From positions 1 through 64,000 of IMG/VR virus record IMGVR_UViG_3300005827_000047: a DNA stretch of 64,000 bases; one strand, written 5' to 3'. The stretch comes from a virus. Every line of letters begins with the position of its first letter. Position 1 is the stretch's first letter. The notes below the pieces were generated by a model. The model saw nothing but the letters and a program-made list of their open reading frames with translations, did no database searches and had not been told where the DNA came from. Position numbers and translations under genes: made by a program. Below are positions 55,609-63,856 of the stretch, one piece after another.

Positions 55609-56486
55609 TTTAACTGTTTTTTAATTTCTGTTTCTGTTTTTAGTTTACCTGAAGATTTAACCATATCAGTAAAATCTTTAGTAGGACTTATTATTGAAGG
55701 TAGTCCAAACTTCTCTTTATAATAATTACTTGCTTTTATTCCCGGAGCATCATTATCAAAATTTATGATTACTCTAAATCTAGAGATTAAATATTGCATC
55801 ATAGAATCACTTATAAAAGTATTCTCACTAGCAGGAGATATAGCATTAATACCTATTGTACTAAAGAACATTACATCTTTTAAAGACTTAGTAATTACTA
55901 AAGTCTTATCAGATAAATTAATTTGATTTATTCCTTGAAGGCAATTACCTTTAGAATAGAATCTTTTACTTAAAGGTATATATACTTTATATCCTCTTCT
56001 AAACTTATATAGGAAAGCAAGATTATCCTTATAATCAACATATAAAGGGTAGTCCCCCTTAAGTAGAATCTTAAGAGGGAAAACCTTATATTTAATTAAG
56101 GTAGATTTTTCAATAGAATACTGATTCCAATACTCAAAGTGTTTACTCTGATAATCACTAACTTTAAAAGTTAGTTCACTTTTCTCCTCTACTATAGTCT
56201 CTTCTTGGAATCTATGTTTCTTAGTAATCTCTTTACTAAGTATAATATTTAAAGCCCCACTAAAATTGACATTATACATTTTCATTATAAAGTCAAATAT
56301 ATCTCCTCCACTGTTGCATCCAAAGCATTTAAACTTTTTACCCCTAATAGATAAACTAGGAGTATCATCCTTATGAAAAGGACATATAACTTTACCTTGA
56401 GATGTTCCTGCAAACTTTTCAAAAAGCATCTCTTCAGTAAATAAACTTAAAATTTCTTGTTTCTTATCTTTTAAGTTTATGATCAT
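55587..56486 (-). CDS. DnaG-type DNA primase (CHC2 zinc finger + Toprim)
   Basis: 'CPFHKDDTPSLSIRGKKFKCFGCNSGGDIFDFIMKMY' is a zf-CHC2 signature. Toprim-like 'LVITKSLKDVMF' and 'INFDNDAPG'. Confidence 0.8.
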   Translation of the reverse strand: MIINLKDKKQEILSLFTEEMLFEKFAGTSQGKVICPFHKDDTPSLSIRGKKFKCFGCNSGGDIFDFIMKMYNVNFSGALNIILSKEITKKHRFQEETIVEEKSELTFKVSDYQSKHFEYWNQYSIEKSTLIKYKVFPLKILLKGDYPLYVDYKDNLAFLYKFRRGYKVYIPLSKRFYSKGNCLQGINQINLSDKTLVITKSLKDVMFFSTIGINAISPASENTFISDSMMQYLISRFRVIINFDNDAPGIKASNYYKEKFGLPSIISPTKDFTDMVKSSGKLKTETEIKKQLKWLEQLK

Positions 56487-56488
56487 TC

Positions 56489-56989
56489 TTAGAAAGGAAG
56501 ATCAGAAGCAGAGCTTTTTGATTCCTCTTTTACTACAGTTTTGATATTTTTAGCATCCTCAATAGCCTCTAACTCTTTATCATTAAAAGATAGTGTATCT
56601 CCATATTCAGCTTTTCTAATAAAGTTAGAATAAGGCATTTGATAATATACTTTACCGTTAGTCTTATCTATATTAGGTACTAGCTTAAATGTTACTTCTA
56701 CTCCTACCATCTCTTTAAAAGAATCTGAATCAACACTAGTTCCTATTTCCTTATTCAGAGTATAGGTAAGTAGTTCTTTAATCCTCATTCTAGTTCCTGT
56801 AGTAATATAGAATCTCTCTGAGTGTTGAATCCCAGGTAAATCTATTTTAACTTGAACATAAGGAGTCTTAACAGGATCTCCATTTCCATCTTTCTCTACT
56901 ACTTCTACAGAGCTTATTTTACCTGTAAAAATACCATGAGTGCTTAACCTAGCTGGTTGCAGGTTATCTGTTCCTAAATCTATTTGCAT
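56489..56989 (-). CDS. ssb: single-stranded DNA-binding protein
   Basis: 166 aa between the ATPase and primase genes. OB-fold-like beta composition and a C-terminal tail ending 'SSASDLPF', matching the bacterial SSB tip D-[IL]-P-F. Confidence 0.6.
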   Translation of the reverse strand: MQIDLGTDNLQPARLSTHGIFTGKISSVEVVEKDGNGDPVKTPYVQVKIDLPGIQHSERFYITTGTRMRIKELLTYTLNKEIGTSVDSDSFKEMVGVEVTFKLVPNIDKTNGKVYYQMPYSNFIRKAEYGDTLSFNDKELEAIEDAKNIKTVVKEESKSSASDLPF

Positions 56990-56995
56990 TTATCT

Positions 56996-57295
56996 TTAAA
57001 AATTAGTTACGTTGTTTTGTCCTTCAAAAGGAATTTGCATTACAGCAGGTTCCATAGCAGGTTCTTCATCTACTAGTTCTATAGTAGCTTTCTCTCTGAA
57101 TCTTTTAACAGAGAATTCTAATGCTGCAATAATATCTTTAACATCTGAAACAGATATCTCATATTTATTCGCTAATGACTTATAGATATCCATAGCTTTC
57201 ATGGTTCCATTTAGCTCATTAAAAGCAGCTTCAAACTCACTTTTTATTATTTTTATATGTTTCATTTTTGTAATGAAGGGAATACTAGTTCCCAA
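56996..57295 (-). CDS. hypothetical protein
   Basis: 99-aa ORF within the replication operon. Confidence 0.4.
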   Translation of the reverse strand: MGTSIPFITKMKHIKIIKSEFEAAFNELNGTMKAMDIYKSLANKYEISVSDVKDIIAALEFSVKRFREKATIELVDEEPAMEPAVMQIPFEGQNNVTNF

Positions 57296-58038
57296 TTAGT
57301 TATTAATTTACCGTCTTTCTTTGTAGAGATAACAAATTCTTTACCTGAAAGATGCTCTAATCTAGCTCCTGTAGCTAAATCCTGTTCTGATGTTCTGAAG
57401 GAAAGTATATTATCATTAGTATCCTTATTCCGATACATATATCCTATAGCATCAGCATCTTGACAAACTATAGTTTTTAGTTTACCGGTTAATTGGATAT
57501 CTCTGGCTTGTAAATCCTTACCTTCTTTATTAATAGAGGCATTTTTAACGTGTCCTACTAATATTAAGCATTTAGATGCAAGACCAGAAAACTGATCATA
57601 TATCTTCTTAAAAGCATTTCTTAAGATTTCATAACCCTGACCATTAGATAACTCTGTAACTACATCATGGCCAGTAAAGTTTTTACCGGCAACAGTAGTT
57701 TTATACATCTCTGTAGCATAAGATCTTGCAATCTCCTCTAAAGCTGTCGTAGTATCTATAACTATAAAGTCATATTGAAATCCTTTAACCGCTTCTTCTC
57801 TCAATTTACTGTTAATCTCAGCAAGAATAACTATAGGTTTCTTACCTTCTTTAACAGCTAAAGATTTAACATCAATATATGCACTTTCATAAGTACTTGA
57901 CCCCTCTTCTAAGTCTATAATAAGACTATTAGGAAGTTGAGCCATTAAACTTGTTTTCCCTACCTTAGCTTGGCTAAATATAAATAGCCTCCTAGGCTCT
58001 ACTACTTTAGGTTTTATTTTACCCTTTGGTAATTCCAT
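57262..58038 (-). CDS. AAA_24 / Sak4-like RecA-fold ATPase
   Basis: Walker A 'IFSQAKVGKTSL', then 'LIIDLEEGS', and Walker B 'FDFIVIDTTT'. This layout is typical of phage Sak4-type recombination ATPases. Confidence 0.6.
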   Translation of the reverse strand: MELPKGKIKPKVVEPRRLFIFSQAKVGKTSLMAQLPNSLIIDLEEGSSTYESAYIDVKSLAVKEGKKPIVILAEINSKLREEAVKGFQYDFIVIDTTTALEEIARSYATEMYKTTVAGKNFTGHDVVTELSNGQGYEILRNAFKKIYDQFSGLASKCLILVGHVKNASINKEGKDLQARDIQLTGKLKTIVCQDADAIGYMYRNKDTNDNILSFRTSEQDLATGARLEHLSGKEFVISTKKDGKLITNWELVFPSLQK

Positions 58039-58055
58039 TTTTCTAATTTACTGTT

Positions 58056-58271
58056 TTAACTTTTTATTTCTCTCCACCACTCAATCTTAGTACCCGGATG
58101 TAATTTACTTTTACTAAATACAATAGGTCTAGATTCATCATGAGCTATTAATGTTAGTGTATATTCTTTAGTAATTATATTAATAGGAATAAAGAGATTA
58201 GAAGAAAATAATAAATCTGTAATAGTCCAGGGGATCTTAGCAACTTCTCTATCCTTTAACTCTTTTATCAT
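58056..58271 (-). CDS. NLF[IL]P-motif small protein family, isolated copy
   Basis: 71 aa. 'MIKELKDREVA...LLFSSNLFIPINIITKEY'. Embedded between the helicase and ATPase genes. Confidence 0.55.
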   Translation of the reverse strand: MIKELKDREVAKIPWTITDLLFSSNLFIPINIITKEYTLTLIAHDESRPIVFSKSKLHPGTKIEWWREIKS

Positions 58272-58272
58272 A

Positions 58273-59247
58273 TTACAATTCTTTTACTAGTCCTACTTGT
58301 GCATTAAATAGCATAGGTACATATAAATCAGCTTCTCCATTTCTATTCAACATCACCTTTAGTGATCTATATTTATCCTTATAAGGAGTTATATCCATAC
58401 CATTATGCTTTTTAATTTTATGTTTCTGAGGCATATATAGTCCTAATAGTAAATCACAATCTCTAACTACTGTTTTTGCATCTCCCATTCCATCTATAGA
58501 AGGTTCAAATCTATCTTCAATTAAAGCTCCACTATTAGTATATTGAGCTTGCTCTTTTATCATAGATTGCTGTTGTACTACAGCCCAACTACATCCATAT
58601 ACATTTCTGGTAAATACACAATATTCAGAAGTCTTTTCCATAGCTTCTCTTTTAGTTAATCCCTTTTCTGTATTAACTAAGGCAAGATGATCAATAATGC
58701 CTATAAATATAGAATTAGGATCATTAGGAGTATATGACCCATTAACCATAGTACCATTAGCTAGCATATAGTTTTTAGCTCCCATATAGATACCAGTAGG
58801 ATTTTCAGATCCTTCAAATATGACTAAATAATCCTCAAGCTTTTCAAAGTATTCTCTTTGTTCCAATATTAAGTTATACTTATCTGCTGATAGTCTATTT
58901 TTAGAAAAGGAGAGTACTTCATTTCTATCTAAAATAATACCCGTATTCAAGTAAACTCTCCTTATTATCCCCTTAACTATCATTTCTATAAGAGATATCT
59001 CCATAGACCAATAGAATATTTTGAGGGGAATATTATTAGCTATAGCAAACTCATAAGCATTATAAACATAAAGATGATTAAGTAATAAAGTCTTACCTAC
59101 TTTGGTTCCGGAAGTTATGATACAGAAAGTAGACTTAGTTATACCGGGAACATAATTCTCTAATTTGGGAAACCCAAAAGGAATACAATTATGTTCTCTA
59201 TTTCTATTCTCGTCAATAGCTTTTATAGCTCTTTCAAAGTACTTCAT
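58273..59247 (-). CDS. DnaB-like replicative helicase (RecA-fold C-terminal domain type)
   Basis: 324 aa. 'IPFGFPKLENYVPGITKSTFCIITSGTKVGKTLLL' (Walker A), 'IFIGIIDHLALV' (Walker B) and 'WAVVQQQS'. Confidence 0.6.
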   Translation of the reverse strand: MKYFERAIKAIDENRNREHNCIPFGFPKLENYVPGITKSTFCIITSGTKVGKTLLLNHLYVYNAYEFAIANNIPLKIFYWSMEISLIEMIVKGIIRRVYLNTGIILDRNEVLSFSKNRLSADKYNLILEQREYFEKLEDYLVIFEGSENPTGIYMGAKNYMLANGTMVNGSYTPNDPNSIFIGIIDHLALVNTEKGLTKREAMEKTSEYCVFTRNVYGCSWAVVQQQSMIKEQAQYTNSGALIEDRFEPSIDGMGDAKTVVRDCDLLLGLYMPQKHKIKKHNGMDITPYKDKYRSLKVMLNRNGEADLYVPMLFNAQVGLVKEL

Positions 59248-59840
59248 AGTATCTTCTTCTCCTCTTCTTCATCTCTACCCATCATATCGTTGAAAGTATC
59301 CCAATGACGACTTAAAATGAATTTCTCTATTCCAATAGATATAATTCCAAGCTCCTTTGCTTTAACTAAAGTTCGTAATATAGATTCATGCAAAGACTTA
59401 TCCTTACCTATTGTACTAAGATACTTTTCTTTAAGTACATCATAATCCCCACTTCTTGCCGGTATAACCTTATCTTGAATCAGAATAGTAGTAGGGTACT
59501 CTTCCCAAAGTTCTTCAAAAGCATCTCTGCTTATAAAGAATTTATCACAAAACTTCTGAGTTAAAAATAGTTGATCGAAATAAAAAGTCTTTCCTTGATT
59601 TAAATCTATAATAAGTTCTTTTTCCTTTAGTACATTAATATCTTCCATAGTTATATTATCTGCTAATCTTAAAGCAGCTAAACTATTGGAATCTCCATAT
59701 ACTAATAACTTTTTAGTCTTCCCTCTCTCCTTTACATAATGTTTATAGAGAGGGTCATTAAATAAGCACCAAAGTAGCAGGAATTGTCTTGATGTTATTT
59801 GTTCTTCTACCATAAAGGCAGTTATCTTGTTTATATCCAT
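59244..59840 (-). CDS. hypothetical protein (position compatible with helicase loader/initiator)
   Basis: 198-aa ORF with a 4-nt overlap with the DnaB-like gene. No diagnostic motif. Confidence 0.4.
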   Translation of the reverse strand: MDINKITAFMVEEQITSRQFLLLWCLFNDPLYKHYVKERGKTKKLLVYGDSNSLAALRLADNITMEDINVLKEKELIIDLNQGKTFYFDQLFLTQKFCDKFFISRDAFEELWEEYPTTILIQDKVIPARSGDYDVLKEKYLSTIGKDKSLHESILRTLVKAKELGIISIGIEKFILSRHWDTFNDMMGRDEEEEKKIL

Positions 59841-59884
59841 AAGGCAAATAATTGCTCAGAGGATAAGGAAAAGAACTAGATTAA

Positions 59885-60346
59885 TCAAAGTAAAGCAATA
59901 ATAACAGTAGCAGCACAAGCTAGTATAGTAATGATCATAGCTCCTATAGTATACTTCATACAATCCTTGCACTCTTTTAAAGTCCAATTAAGTTCACCAG
60001 AAGATAATATATCCTCTTCCTCACTATCACCTACTTCAACTTCTTTAGTTAATATAGGTTCTTTATACTCTTTCTTTCTTCCTGGAAGATTCTTTATCTT
60101 ATTGCAATAATCATTGTATAAAGTCTCAGCTAGCTTAAAAGTAACAGGAATCTTCTTATTCCATACTATTTTATTATTTTCATCATGAAATAGTATATTC
60201 TTACTAAATAATACTAATTGTACTGCTCTTAGATCTGGTCTTCCTAAACTTTTACCTAAATCTCTCTTAGAGTAAAAAGTTTCATTATCAACTACTTTTT
60301 TTAAAGTAGCCAATAACTCTTCTAAATTGTTTATGTTTTTATTCAT
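59885..60346 (-). CDS. hypothetical protein with C-terminal transmembrane anchor
   Basis: 153 aa. C-terminal 'YTIGAMIITILACAATVIIALL'. Confidence 0.4.
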   Translation of the reverse strand: MNKNINNLEELLATLKKVVDNETFYSKRDLGKSLGRPDLRAVQLVLFSKNILFHDENNKIVWNKKIPVTFKLAETLYNDYCNKIKNLPGRKKEYKEPILTKEVEVGDSEEEDILSSGELNWTLKECKDCMKYTIGAMIITILACAATVIIALL

Positions 60347-60524
60347 AGATTTTACTTAATATTCTAGGTTCATGAAGTACTACTAAGTACTCTTCTATTA
60401 ATACCGGATCTATACCGGTAGATTTACTTATAGTAAATACTCTCTCTTCAAAAGAGAAATCCATTAATTCAGGATTCTCTTTAAATATAGAATCTAAAAG
60501 ACTTACATGTTCTTTAGTCAACAT
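60339..60524 (-). CDS. hypothetical protein
   Basis: 61-aa ORF coupled on both sides. Confidence 0.35.
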   Translation of the reverse strand: MLTKEHVSLLDSIFKENPELMDFSFEERVFTISKSTGIDPVLIEEYLVVLHEPRILSKIYE

Positions 60525-60960
60525 CTTTATCTATAACAAGCTGTTTAAATTCTAATACTCTTTTCTCTATCGCTTTACTTATTAGAGATACAATCTTATT
60601 AAACTTATCTCTATACTCTTTATCTGTTACATAAAGATCTTCATGCCTTCTTCTAGAGTTTAATATAGTTGTATGATTAACTCCACCAGTAAGCTCTATA
60701 ATCTTTTTCTGACTTAGATTAGTGTAGTTATATAGTATTACTCTTATTTGATGTCTAGCATCTACATATTCTTCTTTCCTTCCTGTAAATACTTTATCCC
60801 TAGCAATACTATGCACATCACATACTAAGTTAATAACAAAGTCTACATCTAATTCAGTAAGTCCAGATTCTCCAGTTAAGAACCCTAGAATATGATTAAA
60901 TCTCTCATTAAAGTCTTTAAGTAAATTCTTTAGTTCATTTACTACATCTATTCTTGTCAT
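60514..60960 (-). CDS. DnaA domain IV-like helix-turn-helix DNA-binding protein
   Basis: 'VDARHQIRVILYNYTNLSQKKIIELTGGVNHTTILNSRRRHEDL' parallels DnaA C-terminal 'R..a.yL.r.lt..S...IG..fg.rDHtTVlha..ki'. Confidence 0.5.
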   Translation of the reverse strand: MTRIDVVNELKNLLKDFNERFNHILGFLTGESGLTELDVDFVINLVCDVHSIARDKVFTGRKEEYVDARHQIRVILYNYTNLSQKKIIELTGGVNHTTILNSRRRHEDLYVTDKEYRDKFNKIVSLISKAIEKRVLEFKQLVIDKDVD

Positions 60961-61145
60961 TGATCTAGTGGTTTATGCAATTTTTTAATTCTGATTAGAC
61001 TATGCTTTCTTGAAGTTTCTAAGTTATTTGCGGGAACATCAAATAGATTAGTAATTTTAAAATAATATGTTTCAATATTAATTCTATTTACATCAAAACT
61101 ACCCAATATACCTCTATCACACATCTGAATTAATTGTGTATCCAT
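60957..61145 (-). CDS. small hypothetical protein (weak NLF-motif family member)
   Basis: 62 aa. 'YFKITNLFDVPANNLE'. Similarity is marginal. Confidence 0.3.
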   Translation of the reverse strand: MDTQLIQMCDRGILGSFDVNRINIETYYFKITNLFDVPANNLETSRKHSLIRIKKLHKPLDQ

Positions 61146-61498
61146 ATAGTTACATTAGGATTATAGTTATAATTTCCAAAATACTTTAAGTCGGGAAAAA
61201 AGGCTGTAAATAGATTTTTAGTTGTAATACGTAAACCTATAATTTTTGCGCTGGCAGGCTTTCTGTAAATATCAGAATCAGATATTTCTCTATTTCTTAC
61301 ATCTATAGAAAATAAATATCCTCCATAAACATTAAAGTAAACTCTACTAATACTAGAGTATAAATTTACCTTTACTAAAGTAATCTTTTCTATTTTAGGA
61401 GGTATAAATAACCCCGATAATATAAAAGCATCACCTCCAATTTTAACACTTAGATCTTTTAAAATAAGATCTTTAGCTGATTTTATTAACCTTTCCAT
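61130..61498 (-). CDS. NLF[IL]P-motif family, array B copy (122 aa, motif present twice)
   Basis: 'AFILSGLFIPPKIEKITL' plus a second 'TTKNLFTAFFPDL'. Possibly a fused duplicate. Confidence 0.5.
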   Translation of the reverse strand: MERLIKSAKDLILKDLSVKIGGDAFILSGLFIPPKIEKITLVKVNLYSSISRVYFNVYGGYLFSIDVRNREISDSDIYRKPASAKIIGLRITTKNLFTAFFPDLKYFGNYNYNPNVTIWIHN

Positions 61499-61659
61499 AT
61501 ACTCATAAGGGGTCTTAGGATATTATGTGCTACAAATTTCATTTCAGGAGAAGCTATTATGAATAGATTTTGAGTAATAGTATAATCATAAGGATAGAAT
61601 CTTCCAAAATAAGAATTGAATATCCCTCTTTCTGCTGCTTCTTCTAAATATTTTTCCAT
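61486..61659 (-). CDS. NLF[IL]P-motif small protein family, array B copy (not in ORF track)
   Basis: Hand-translated 57-aa ORF MEKYLEEAAERGIFNSYFGRFYPYDYTITQNLFIIASPEMKFVAHNILRPLMSIWKG. Overlaps both neighbours. Confidence 0.4.
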   Translation of the reverse strand: MEKYLEEAAERGIFNSYFGRFYPYDYTITQNLFIIASPEMKFVAHNILRPLMSIWKG

Positions 61660-61832
61660 ATTAATAAAGGATGATCAGAGAACTTAAAATCATAAGAACA
61701 AGTACTCAAATTAGGTAAAGAAGTAATGAATAAGTTAAATACTTTAAAATACCCACATTTAGAGTATGTTGCCCTCCAACTATAACATATATCTCTTCTA
61801 TCGGCTTCTTCTAGAACTTCTATTGTTATCAT
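61644..61832 (-). CDS. NLF[IL]P-motif small protein family, array B copy
   Basis: 62 aa. 'YFKVFNLFITSLPNLS'. Confidence 0.45.
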   Translation of the reverse strand: MITIEVLEEADRRDICYSWRATYSKCGYFKVFNLFITSLPNLSTCSYDFKFSDHPLLIWKNI

Positions 61833-61986
61833 CTATGTATATTAAATTTAATCCGTCAAAAGTCCTAAAATAGATCTTTATTCCTTCTATCTTAGGTAAA
61901 AAAAGATTGGTATTAAAAGCAGTATTTAAATATCTACTTCCAACCATATCTCTATTTAAAAGCTCTCTCATAGTTACCTTATTCAT
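61798..61986 (-). CDS. NLF[IL]P-motif small protein family, array B copy
   Basis: 62 aa. 'MRELLNRDMV...AFNTNLFLPKIEGIKI'. Confidence 0.5.
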   Translation of the reverse strand: MNKVTMRELLNRDMVGSRYLNTAFNTNLFLPKIEGIKIYFRTFDGLNLIYIDDNNRSSRRSR

Positions 61987-62182
61987 TTCTTATGGGGGTT
62001 ATAGCAACAAGAATTCTTTCAGAACTTGATAAAACAATGGAACTTATAAATCTAATTCCTTTTCCTTCTATAGGGGGAATAAATAGATTATTTGCTAAGG
62101 AATACTGATCCCAAGCAAAACTATTAAGCAGATCCCTATATAATAGATTATATATTAATTCATTTACTTCTATTACTCTCAT
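61979..62182 (-). CDS. NLF[IL]P-motif small protein family, array B copy
   Basis: 67 aa. 'YSLANNLFIPPIEGKGI'. The motif context closely matches the copy at 61798..61986. Confidence 0.5.
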   Translation of the reverse strand: MRVIEVNELIYNLLYRDLLNSFAWDQYSLANNLFIPPIEGKGIRFISSIVLSSSERILVAITPIRNE

Positions 62183-62426
62183 TATTATAGTTCTTAGTTA
62201 GTATTAACCTAGGTGAAAAAACAAAATCTTTGTGAAATCCAAATTTAACTACTAAGCTGCTAGGAAAGAAGCCACTATTAATATCAATTATAAATTGTAC
62301 TGCATCTAATTCTGTAGTATAAAATACATAAGGATCATAATTAAATCTCCATTCAATACGACTAAATATATCCCTATTATAAAATAGGTCTAGATAGTCT
62401 TTATCTTTATTAAATTCTATATCCAT
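62160..62426 (-). CDS. small hypothetical protein (degenerate family member?)
   Basis: 88 aa. 'INSGFFPSSLVVKFG'. Its ATG overlaps the stop of helicase exon 2 by 10 nt. Confidence 0.4.
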   Translation of the reverse strand: MDIEFNKDKDYLDLFYNRDIFSRIEWRFNYDPYVFYTTELDAVQFIIDINSGFFPSSLVVKFGFHKDFVFSPRLILTKNYNNESNRSK

Positions 62427-62543
62427 TGCACATTTGGTAAATCTTTCTGAGCCTTTATTAAAGTTGATCTTTCTTTAGTTCCTTTTAGATAAAGGAATAT
62501 TATTAGAGCTTTCTTATTTTCTTTATATCTTAATATTCTACCT
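62417..62543 (-). CDS. SF2 (DEAD/DEAH-type) helicase, exon 2
   Basis: After splicing this exon encodes (I)GRILRYKENKKALIIFLYLKGTKERSTLIKAQKDLPNVQWI*. It completes helicase motif VI, QRIGRILR, begun in exon 1. TAG stop at 62417-62419. Confidence 0.8.
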
Positions 62544-62844
62544 CTAAATTAATATGTGCTTAGGCTATACTTGCACATCAAGATTTTCATCTTGGTTCGG
62601 ACTATATCTTAGTCTAAATTCTTGAAGAGCTTGATAAGCCTCTTCTTCTGTTAGAAATCCAATAAATGAATTAAAAGAATTTTTAGACTGCAACCTTTTC
62701 CAAGAAAGTAACCAACTTTCTCGTACTCCCCTAAGGGATAGTCTCTACACCTTCTCTATTTTAATAGAGCTTGGCTCGGTATTAGCATATATTTCTACTT
62801 AGCTTTCACCGAATTAAATTGCTTTATAGAGGACAGGTATGTTT
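62544..62844 (-). ncRNA. group I self-splicing intron (301 nt, no internal ORF)
   Basis: P1: the exon end AGAGGAU pairs with the intron guide GUCCUCU (62828-62834), with the U-G wobble at the splice site. R-like 'GUAGAGACUAUC' (AGAGACUA at 62739-62746). Exact S consensus 'AAGAUAUAGUCC' (62599-62610). GACUA/UAGUC forms P7. CAAGAU-GAAA-AUCUUG tetraloop hairpin. The terminal nucleotide is G. Confidence 0.85.
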
Positions 62845-63854
62845 ATCCTCTGTATAGTTGATCTCATAATAGAAGTAGTAGATACTACTATTCCCATATC
62901 TACATCAGGAGCATCAAAACCCCTTTCAAAGATCTTTATAGAATTAAGTACTCTATACTTATTATTCTTAAAGTCTTCTATTAGAGCATTTCTATCCTTA
63001 TCTTTCATATCACTTGTAATGCAGATAGAATCAGGTACTTCACTAGTTAACTTTTCAGCAAAGGATTTAGTTAGACTAAAAGTAATTATCTTCTTATCGG
63101 AATATCTATTTATTAAATCTTTAGCTAGTTTCAACTTCTCTTCAGATTCATAAATAAGCTCATTTCTCTTTTGCATAGCTAATCTACATCTTTTAGCTAT
63201 ACCTATCACTTCTCCCGGAGATAGATCTAATCTGGAATTTGCTATAAACTGTTTAGCTCCATTATAATTCATGCAGCTAAACATAATATCCAAATCATCA
63301 TAAAAGAAAGCTAAATCCTTTCTAAATGAGTTATCTATTTCTTCATAAGAGCTAGGCTTATCTACTTGCATATTATAGATTTCAAAGTCACATATCCACT
63401 TATTCTCTAAAGCTTCTTTAAATCCAATAGAGCTTATTATAGGAGCATATTTTTGAATAAGTATATGCTTACCATCTTTTCTCTCTAAAGAAGCTGTAAC
63501 ACAAAATATGTACCTGTAAGAACATATAGTAAATATCTTACTAAAAGTAGGAGCTGCCATTAAATCACATTCATCTACTAATAGTAAATCACATTTTCTT
63601 TCTTGCTTAATGTAAGTATTTATAATAAATACCTTTACTCTGCTATCTACTAAGTTCTTTACTTGATCTTTAAGTAATTTAGAATGGACTATAAAATGGA
63701 TTTCAGATTCCGGATATTTAGCTAATCTTAGATTACAAATCTTATTAAGCATAGTACTCTTTCCAAAACCAGTTACAGCTTCTAAAGAGCCTCTTCCTCC
63801 AAGTTTTACCCAAGTATCTATTATCTCATTTTGCCTTTCAGCTTTACTTATCAT
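62845..63854 (-). CDS. SF2 (DEAD/DEAH-type) helicase, exon 1
   Basis: Walker A 'AVTGFGKSTM', motif II 'LLLVDECDL', motif III 'VTASLER', and 'ERGFDAPDVDMGIVVSTTS'. Ends at 'STIQRI', inside motif VI. The track ORF (62814..63854) reads 9 further codons into the intron. Confidence 0.85.
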
Positions 63855-63856
63855 AA

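Noticed and set aside
62814-62844. The helicase C-terminus as given by the ORF track (...QRINIPVLYKAI*).
   Set aside because: These 9 codons plus the stop are read-through into the group I intron. Splicing restores motif VI (QRIGRILR) and adds a 41-residue C-terminus.
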